Of a stretch of 64,000 nucleotides of DNA, positions 51,311 to 61,400 are shown piece by piece. The stretch comes from Macrostomum hystrix (lineage: Eukaryota; Animalia; Platyhelminthes): NCBI GenBank assembly GCA_950097015.1, contig CATNEN010000003.1, forward strand, positions 6,200,001 to 6,264,000, in the 5' to 3' direction. The first letter of the stretch is position 1, and every line of letters begins with the position of its first letter. The position numbers and the translations under genes are program-made. Under the pieces are notes generated by a model. The model did not search any database. It was not told where the DNA came from and saw only the letters and a list, made by a program, of their open reading frames with translations.

Positions 51311-51516
51311 TTTTACTTGAATTTCCATTCGACTACAAAACAAAAACAATTTTTATTCGAACCCTATAATCATTTTCCGACACAATAAATATAGTGTTGT
51401 ACAGATAATTTTTATGTCGTTTGAAGTAGTCTTTTAGATTAAATGTACAGTCTGGTGTGCGTGCGTTTTGGACTCCGAACAAATTCCAATGGAATGCTTG
51501 CAAGGAGGCGATCAAA

Positions 51517-51720
51517 ATTGAAAAACTTTAGTTCGGTTTGGTTAGTGGTCCGAAAATACTAGCAGGTTAAAAACTAATTTTAAATCTGTCAAATAAAATA
51601 TCATCACACCCACCTCACTCCCTGTCACCCACCTCACTCCATGTCACCCACCTCACTCCATGTCACCCACCTCACTCCATGTCAACCACCTCACTCCATG
51701 TCACCCACCTCACTCCATAT
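51517..51720 (+). repeat. Direct repeat copy 2 plus 19-bp (TCACCCACCTCACTCCATG)n tail
   Basis: Matches 43882-44028. Confidence 0.85.
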
Positions 51721-52476
51721 TTTGCTTGGTGTAAATATTTAGGTAGTGAATCAATATCATAGTTTTTTGCTGTTGTAATTAAAGCTTTGCAAATTTAATG
51801 CGTTTATCGTCCACCACACGTATTCTCATCAAAGTAAATGTTTTACTTATTTATTGGTGTATTTATCAAAAAATTATCCGTTCCGAAAGATAATTGCTGC
51901 AAAAGTTTCAATGAGCACTACTGTCTACTAAAAGTTAGCCATTAAGTAATACGTATAAGTGTTTTTTTCTATTTTTACATCCATAAAAAGAAATCATGCA
52001 CGACTTAAAAAATTGAATTTTGAGACTAAACTTTTTTGTCGCTCTTAAACGCATAATTATAAGCTTCAACGTTGTTTTGTTTAATATTATTTCATTATTG
52101 ACCAAAGTGATTTGTATCGTGTTTTCTGAGAGAAAAAAATTGGACCACATTTGCAGCCAGCTATTGTGGAGGCTGCTTCACCCACACAAATCTCTACCCA
52201 TTACATATTTTACAGCTGAGTCATCCATAGGACACAATTCGTCTCCCTTGTGTTGTGAATCAATCGAACTCTCTACCTATAAATAATATATATAATGGTA
52301 CATGGTTCTGCATTGTATTTTTACGATTATATCTTGAGTAAAACTTCATGGACACAAGAGTGCTTAATGTATTTTCTTCTTCGTCATTAGACTATTAGAG
52401 TGTCTGAGTATATAATTGCCAGACTTTGATTGACTTGACCAATCGAAAGATAAAACGTAAACCGACACAGTTTACT

Positions 52477-55400
52477 TCAATATATCGCGCACTCTTGAGG
52501 CTGTTTATTGCCAACCTTAGTCCAGACTAGCTCAATCAGAAGGATGAACAGTCCAATGCAGTACAGACTGCCTGTGACAATGAAACAACCACCAACGCCC
52601 TCCATGTCGATGGAGTCGGCCTCCGTTGATCTTCCGCCGCCGCTTTTGCCACAATCGGTGAAATTCTCCGCAGACCAGTAGTGATTGAATAGACGCTGCA
52701 TCAGACCGGACTCGTGCATTTTCTGCAGACTGGAGAAACAAATGGCGCAATGATATTTGAGCCAATATGACCTATTCGGGCTTCCGGGAAGACCGGCAGT
52801 GGTCACTTTTTATGGATACTGGAGACCAAGTACTTAACACTCCATTACTTGGAGATCTCAAGCTTAAAATATCGCCTTTAAGTCCTACGAGGCACCCGCA
52901 CATGAATACTCACACAGGTGTGTACATCTGACCTGAATTTCCCATCGTCAGGCAGTGTACACTCTGACTCTATAGATTTTCGCGCTAAAGGGAAAATTGG
53001 CACCGCGACCTTACGCATTTAAGTGCTACACTAGAAGGGCCTACCTTCAAGTCGGGATTATTTTAGCAGTGGAAATACCAAGCTATTCCCCCCATATGGT
53101 ACGTTCTGACTGTTCATGCGAAATATGACGCTGACTGTTTCGTCACAAGCAATTTTTTTTCATCTGCGTCATAAATCGTAGTCACCAAAAATGACTCAAG
53201 CATATTTCTTTGTCCAAAGAAAGTATGTCAATTAGCGTTGCACTTGTAGCATTGTGCTGCAAAGATAAGTCAGTTTATTGTACTAAACACGATAATAATG
53301 AGATGTTTAAATGTGACGAAAGTTGAGAATAATTGCGCAGTGATAAAAATCTGACTTCGTGTGACGTGAAAAATTACTGCTGTTACGCAAAAATAATAAC
53401 AAAGCTACATGAGAGATTCAGCACAAACTGAAACATGGGAAATAATCACAAAAATGTAATCAAAATAGCCATTTTTATTTTCTTCTTCTGTTAAGAACTA
53501 ATTTCTACATCATGGTTTTAACAGATTTAAAAACTATTATTAATTAATTCGTTTATGAATTAGAGCAGTTGATCATTCGGTGCGGTAATTTAGTAACGTA
53601 GTTTTACGTTAATTCGAATTGTTATAAATCTGCTTTGTGTATCTAGTGTGTCTTGCATGAAAAGTTAACAATGTAAACTTATGCATCAAATTTTACTCTT
53701 GTACTGTAAAAAGAACAATAGCAGCAAGGCTTAGAGACTATCAGATTTCTATATTTATAATGCTAGCTAGTGCCACTAGTTGTATTGCATTATAGCTTTT
53801 GTCTTCTTTTTATGTATATGTAGTATGTTTTTTATGTTTAAATAAAATATGCCCTTTTGTTTTGTCTCCATATGCACTATAAATCACACTTGGGGACACT
53901 TTAGAGTGGTGAACCATGGCATTAGATCAATTTAGCTAATTAGATTACCTAGCTATTAAAATTAACTACATACATTTACAAAACTATGATTATGTTTTTA
54001 TACATAGCTGCTATTGAAAGTGAACTTCAAATAGCAAAATTAATTATATTTTTGTATGACATTGATTAAAACAACTATTTTTTTATTGCTTTTGTAGTAT
54101 ATAATTTTAACATGTAGCTAGCTATGTAATTGCCTATTTTCCTTTTCTTATTTCCTATCTCCATTTTGTTAGATGGACATAAGTTAGACCAACAAAGTAT
54201 TATATTATATTTATTTTATAGTCAATATAGAAATATCAACTTTTGTAATATAATTATACAAATTAAATATTATATATATATATTATATAGGACAGATACT
54301 TAGCTACTTATATATCTACTATTGCCTAAAATTGTGAAATATGAAGATAGAAGGAACCTTGGGTTATTATAAAAAAATTTTATAGTAAAAAAACCTTATA
54401 AACACTTAATTTATGCATTTTAGCATAACCACATGATATAAATAGCAATATTTAAACAATTATCAAGAGCAAATAATATGTTAGTAGCTTGTTTTAGCTA
54501 GCTTAGTAAAAATGCTAAATGGTTTTCTTTTCTGTTTTTTAAAGTCTGCTTAAACACTAAAGCTTCATAAGTAAATGGTTATACAGTATGATATTTAATT
54601 TGTTTGTTTTGTTAGTATTAGTTTTTTATCTTCATTTCAGATGGCAGCATCAAATAAAAAATCAAAAATAAGTCCAAAGAAAAAACCACCAGATAATAGA
54701 AGTCTTCTTGTAGAGGAGAACTTATCAGTTAATGATATGCTCTCCTTACTTTATGATGGCATGCAACATACTGATGGTTCACCAATCTCAGCTTGTAGTG
54801 CCAGTGCTGCCAGCCTGGACACTATGATCAGTTCAGCTGCTCCAACCATGGCTATCGACAAAGCAGCTGATAGTGCAGCCATCTCAGCTTGCAGTGCCAG
54901 TGCTGCCAGCCTGGACACTATGATCAGTTCAGCTGCTCCAACCATGGCTGTCGACAAAGCAGCTGATAGTGCAGCCATCTCAGCTTGCAGTGCCAGTGCT
55001 GCCAGCCTGGACACTATGATCAGTTCAGCTGCTCCAACCATGGCTGTCGACAAAGCAGCTGATAGTGCAGCCATCTCAGCTTGCAGTGCCAGTGCTGCCA
55101 GCCTAGACACTATGATCAGTTCAGCTGCTCCAACCATGGCTGTCGAAAAAGCAGCTGATAGTGCAGCCATCTCAGCTTGCAGTGCCAGTGCTGCCAGCCT
55201 GGACACTATGATCAGTTCAGCTGCTCCAATCATGGCTGTCGACAAAGCAGCTGATAGTGCAGCCATCTCAGCTTGCAGTGCCAGTGCTGCCAGCCTGGAC
55301 ACTATGATCAGTTCAGCTGCTCCAACCATGGCTGTCGACAAAGCAGCTGATAGTGCAGCCATCTCAGCTTGCAGTGCCAGTGCTGCCAGCCTGGACACTA

Positions 55401-58400
55401 TGATCAGTTCAGCTGCTCCAACCATGGCTGTCGACAAAGCAGCTGATAGTCCAGCTTGCAGTGGTGTCTCAGCGTCTGAGCGTCTCATCACTACCACTAG
55501 TGGGTCGTCTCGTAATAGCTCTCATCGTAGACTCTTATTTCCTCCAGTGGATCTAGATGCCTCTGACAATGATGAGGATGTTTGTTGCATAGAGGACACA
55601 GAAGACAAGCGAGCTAGTTCCGAGGCTTTTAAAGACTTAAGTAACTCAAGCAGTTTGAAATCGCCATCAGATAAGCGACGAGGAATAAGTTATGTATGTC
55701 ATTTGGACAATACTCATCTAATTGTCGGTTCTCGAATTTCCGAGCATTTTAATCGACATCATCTTGCAGAAATTTTAGTTGCTGACTCCTTTGAGTCTAT
55801 TAAGGTGGCCTTGTTTACTTTTAATGAGACAAAGTTTGGCCCTGTGCCGAAAAAACGAAAGAAAGATCTTAAGTCAAGTTCCAGGCAAGGAAAGGATTTT
55901 ATCTGTCATTTGGACAACAGTCACAAGATTAGAAGCTCTAGATTCTCTGAGCATTTCAAGCGATTCCACTCTAAAGATTTGGAGGGCATGAGTATTAAAA
56001 AACTTATAGAAGCCACCAAGCAGCACACGTTTAGCAAAGTAGCCAACGAAAGCAATAAGAATCAGCAGTGTCCACTCTGCAATGTTCCGATATTTAGTTC
56101 GCTAACTAGCCACCTGGAGCATTGGCACAAATTGTCGAAGGATGAAGCTCTTTCAGCTGAAAAGGAAAAGAAGGCCAAAAATGTGGAAGAAGCTGTCCGT
56201 CATTCGTGGGCCCAAAAGAACGACGGCTCAGAAAAGCAAAAAACAACACCAACAGAGCCCTCTCTTGACGACTTTCAAGATTTTTTACAAACAGTTGCAG
56301 GTGGCAAGCTTGCCTTATCGACGTCACTGGCGTCCCGCCGTGCCATTGCAGCGATCCTAGCAGTATTGGGATCATCCAACCTCATGGACATTATTGCAGA
56401 AAAAAATCGTGCAACGGTCACCGACTTCCTGACACATAAAAGCTCCACTACATCGGATGGCACAAAGAGCTACGTGGAAGGTCTCAAGCGGTTTGGTGTG
56501 TACTTGAAAAGCACATTTTCGAGCCTTATTAAGCAGATGAAAGCAATGAACGAGCTAGACTCATTCCTCTACACTTGCAACAACTACGGACGTTCGAGGC
56601 TGCAAGACAAAAAAGAAGCAGAGGCCGCGCGTCGCCGAAAGCTTGATAAAAACTGCCTCTCTACAGAAGACCTTCAAGTTGTTAGTAAGATGCTAGATGA
56701 GCTTCGCAAGTCCCTATTCGACGAGCCTGTTGGATCCGAAGTATCTGTTCTATTCATCGGACTTCATTTCGTTTTCGGTAAGGGCAATTGTCATCGAGCT
56801 GATGCAGTATCAAATGCCAAAATAGTAGAATTTACTACTTGGAAACATGATCTGCAAGACGACCCTGAAGCCATGTTTGAAGTGGAAAACCACAAGACTA
56901 AAAAACAAGGTGCGGTGATGGTATCCGTGATGGAGATAAGGGATATCCTCATTGCTTACGGCGATTATCGCATGCAAAGTGGTGGCGCTCCTGACGATTA
57001 TTTGTTCGATTACGGTTACAATATTAAGGACCACTCTTTTTCCACTTTTCTGCGAAACTGCAAGAAAAAATACTCTATTTTAAGCCAACTCAATCGAGTT
57101 AACGTCCGAACATTTCGTCACTTCTTTGCTACAAAGTGCCGTGAAGGACTTCCAGAAAAAGAACAAATTCTTCTGAACAAGCGGATGCTCCACACCAAAG
57201 AAGTTGCTCTGCAAAGCTATATGGCGACAACTTCAACGATGGCCAAGGCTGGAAGAATCATTACAGAGAAGCTGTATGACGACACACATTCTACGGAGGA
57301 GAAGCAAAGGGAGGGAGGTGTACTGCAGAGTTCATCAGGAGTGATTCAGAGTCCGCCAGATGTCATGCAAGGTCCGCCAGGAGTGATGCAGAGTCCGCGA
57401 GGAGTGATGCAGAGTTCGCCAGGAGTGATGCAGAGTTCGCCAGGAGTGATGCAGAGTTCGCCAGGAGTGATGCAGAGTCCGCCAGGAGTGATGCAGAGTT
57501 CGCCAGGAGTGATGCAGAGTCCGCGAGGAGTGATGCAGAGTTCGCCAGAAGTGATGCAGAGTTCGCCAGGAAAGAAACGTAAAGGGCCGGAAGAGATGCA
57601 GAGCGATGAAGAAGCAAAAAAGAAAAATAAAGCTAAAACGATCCAGATAGCATCAAACAATATGGTCGAAGGTGACATCGTTTGGGCGAAGTTTAAAACC
57701 TATCCTTGGTGGCCAGCAATGATAGCAAATGACGCTACTCTCGGACAGCATTTACGCCAGACAAAGGCGGGGCAAACGCAAATTTACGTCCAATTTTTTG
57801 AAAAACCGCCCACAGCGTCATGGTTATCCGCCAAGAACATCAAGATGTTTGACGTTAATCAGCTGGAATCGCTCCGGCCTTCGGCTAGTGGTGACCTGTT
57901 GGATGGAATCAATACTGCATGTGAAGCAGTTGTCCTTAATAATTCTGAGCGGCTTGAGAAGTATTTGATTTGAACTACAACTAACATTTACATTTCACTT
58001 TGTTTTTTGTCTCAATAACTAAAAGCTAGTTCTCAGTTCCGTTATATTTTTGCGAAATCAATTGCAATTAAAACATTTTTCACAACATCTTTTGATTGGG
58101 AATCAAATCTGACGGTCACCTGCTAGTTAAAAATCTGACGGTCACCAACTAGTTAAGAATCTGACGAGCCTCCAAATCTGACGGGCACTTCACAATTAGA
58201 AGTCTTTTGATGGGGAATCAATTCTGACGATCACCTGCTAGTTAAAAATCTGACGGTCACCAACTAGTTAAGAATCTGACGAGCCTCCAAATCTGACGGG
58301 CACTTCACAATTAGAAGTCTGTTGATGGGGAATCAAATCTGACAATCACCTGCTAGTTAAAAATCTGACGGTCACCAACTAGTTAAGAATCTGACGAGCC

Positions 58401-61400
58401 TCCAAATCTGACGGGCACTTCACAATTAGAAGTCTGTTGATGGGGAATCAATTCTGACGATCACCTGCTAGTTAAAAATCTGACGGTCACCAACTAGTTA
58501 AGAATCTGACGAGCCTCCAAATCTGACGGGCACTTCACAATTAGAAGTCTTTTGATGGGGAATCAAATCTGACTGACACAAATGGGAATTTTAAATCGTA
58601 GAGTTAGATCAAATCAAAAATTGCACTTCCTAAGAAAATAAAGCACTTCCTAAAAACTTTATGATACAGACCGTTACAAAAAAATATCAAATATGCAATT
58701 TCGTTTTTTGTCTCGATAATCGAAAGCCAGTTTTTAGTTCAGTTATAATTTTTGTGAAATCAATTGCAATGGGAACAATTTGTTCCACGTTATTATGCAT
58801 TTTCTTTTCTGCCTACTCATTTTCGATCTGCTCATTTTCTGCGTACTCATTTTCGATCTGCTCATATTTTTGTTTTTTGTGCTTCGCTCTAAATTAGTTT
58901 TTCGTGTTTCACACTTTGAAGTTCATTTTATAAGCTGCTATTACCGAGGCAATGTAAGCTTTCGAATTTTTTGCTTAGTTGTGCCATGATACCGTTAAAA
59001 ATGACTGTGCCTCATGTAAAAAAATCTGACGGTCACCAACTAGTTAAGAATCTGACGAGCCTCTAAATCTGACGGGCGACTTCACAATTAGAAGTCTTTT
59101 GATGGGGAATCAATTCTGACGATCACCTGCTAGTTAAAAATCTGACGGTCACCAACTAGTTAAGAATCTGACGAGCCTCCAAATCTGACGGGCACTTCAC
59201 AATTAGAAGTCTGTTGATGGGGAATCAAATCTGACAATCACCTGCTAGTTAAAAATCTGACGGTCACCAACTAGTTAAGAATCTGACGAGCCTCCAAATC
59301 TGACGGGCACTTCACAATTAGAAGTCTTTTGATGGGGAATCAATTCTGACGATCACCTGCTAGTTAAAAATCTGACGGTCACCAACTAGTTAAGAATCTG
59401 ACGAGCCTCCAAATCTGACGGGCACTTCACAATTAGAAGTCTGTTGATGGGGAATCAAATCTGACAATCACCTGCTAGTTAAAAATCTGACGGTCACCAA
59501 CTAGTTAAGAATCTGACGAGCCTCCAAATCTGACGGGCACTTCACAATTAGAAGTCTTTTGATGGGGAATCAAATCTGACGATCACCTGCTAGTTAAAAA
59601 TCTGACGGTCACCAACTAGTTAAGAATCTGACGAGCCTCCAAATCTGACGGGCACTTCACAATTAGAAGTCTTTTGATGGGGAATCAAATCTGACGATCA
59701 CCTGCTAGTTAAAAATCTGACGGGCACTCCACAATTAGAAGTCTTTTGATGGGGAATCAAATCTGACTGACACAAATGGGAATTTTAAATCGTAGAGTTA
59801 GATCAAATCAAAAATTGCACTTCCTAAGAAAATAAAGCACTTCCTAAAAACTTCATGATACAGACCATTACAAAAAATATCAAATATGCAATTTCGTTTT
59901 TTGTCTCGATAATCGAAAGCCAGTTTTCAGTTCAGTTATAATTTTTGTGAAATCAATTGCAATGGGAACAATTTGTTCCACGTTATTATGCATTTTCTTT
60001 TCTGCCTACTCATTTTCGATCTGCTCATTTTCTGCGTACTCATTCTGCGAATCAAATTTTTAAGTTTGTTCTAAAGAAACAAATATACATTTTAATTCTC
60101 TGCAATTAATCGTTTGTTTCTTTCCGCTTTCCTTTCGGTACAAAGTTTTGCTACTTAATTTTGTGTTTCTGTTTCGTTCTTTTATATACAGCATGGCTAT
60201 ATTAGAATTGAGTGCAATTCATGGTTTGTGTAGTTCATTTAGGTCATACAAAAGCACATATAAGGAGTGATTCAATCTTTATGCAGAAAATGACCTACTC
60301 AGTAAAAATAGACGGGCATTACTATTGATTGCTAAGATAAAGTCATGGAATTGTTAAGATCAGAAGCATGGAAAACTACATATGGATGCAGTACGAGTAC
60401 TTAACAGATTATTTTGATAAAATGAAAAAGTCACATTCGTCACATTTGTAAATCTTTATTTTTTCTTGCGTAACTGGTTCAATACTGGCGTCATGCTTTA
60501 TTTATAACTGCTTTTCTACTTGGGTATCATTGAAGTCATTTTTAATTACCAGTGGCATCGTCATTTTTTTTTAATTCGTCATAAAGTACCCCTGTGGATA
60601 GCTACGATGGTATTTTAAATAACCACTACCTAATTCACGATAGCTCCCAAACCGAATGACCGATTTTCGTGAAATTCCCACGTTCAAATGTTCAAATTTT
60701 CTGCTTTTTCCGATGAATAATGAACTAAATTTAAAAGCCCACCCGATGTCAGCGATAAAGAAAAAAGAACAAAGGTATTCGAAATACCGCTGGTTTTTCT
60801 ACTGTTAAGATGGACAACTCACTAGAAGTCAAACAGGCCGGCATAGGCGGCGTCATCCGGATACACAAACGCTACTGTTGCCGGGTTAAAAGTCTCGGAG
60901 AGCATGTAAAACAGTGAGCAGTTCCTAATAGCCCTAGCCAATAGAAAGGTGTAGTCGTTGATGCAGGCGGCGTCCTTTTTGGGAGGCTGAAAGCAAGCGA
61001 GAGGTGACAAAAATCGTTAAATGGAGTTTTCTTGCATCTGTCTGGTAAATTCTAGATGAAACCATCAGTCATTATGAAAGCAGCTAAATTTATGCTCGAA
61101 AAGTAGCTAAAAATATTAATTGCTGCAAAATCAGTAAAGTTACACATAAAGGAGCTTTCATTGATGACATTCAATCAACCATAAAGCTTTTGTCTAACGC
61201 TGGCAAAATACAAGTTGTAGTTTTATCAGCAGATTGCGCAAATCGAAACAGAATGTCTTTCTTTAATTACCAATGGTCAATAGCAGACTCGATAGAATGC
61301 AATCACTATGACATTGTGAAAGGAAATCGATACAATACGCAAATTATGAGACTTATGAGACTTTGCCAGCCGTAAGATAAGCAACTGAAGCAAAATGCTC

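Larger units (their letters stand above)
53081..60604 (+). mobile_element. Candidate Crypton-like tyrosine-recombinase DNA element (~7.5 kb) in iGluR intron 52730-60822
   Basis: Single YR ORF; no RT, RNase H, gag or DDE ORF; imperfect inverted motifs near both ends; AGCTA direct repeat at 53081-53085 / 60600-60604; internal 115-bp arrays. Boundaries are tentative. Confidence 0.7.

Noticed and set aside
54751-55497. Antisense 248-aa ORF (and 57346-57678) within the YR gene
   Set aside because: Shadow frames of the coding tandem repeats.
58088-59766. 115-bp arrays as a CRISPR array
   Set aside because: Units are near-identical along their whole length, with no unique spacers.
53081-60604. DIRS/Ngaro retrotransposon or bacterial/phage contamination
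   Set aside because: No RT, RNase H or gag ORF; the eukaryotic PWWP domain, NLS-like segments and splice acceptor argue for a eukaryotic element.
53029-60828. CACTAGAAG 9-bp direct repeat as TSD of the YR element
   Set aside because: The right copy is the host exon/donor and an unrelated MITE remnant lies inside the interval; likely chance.
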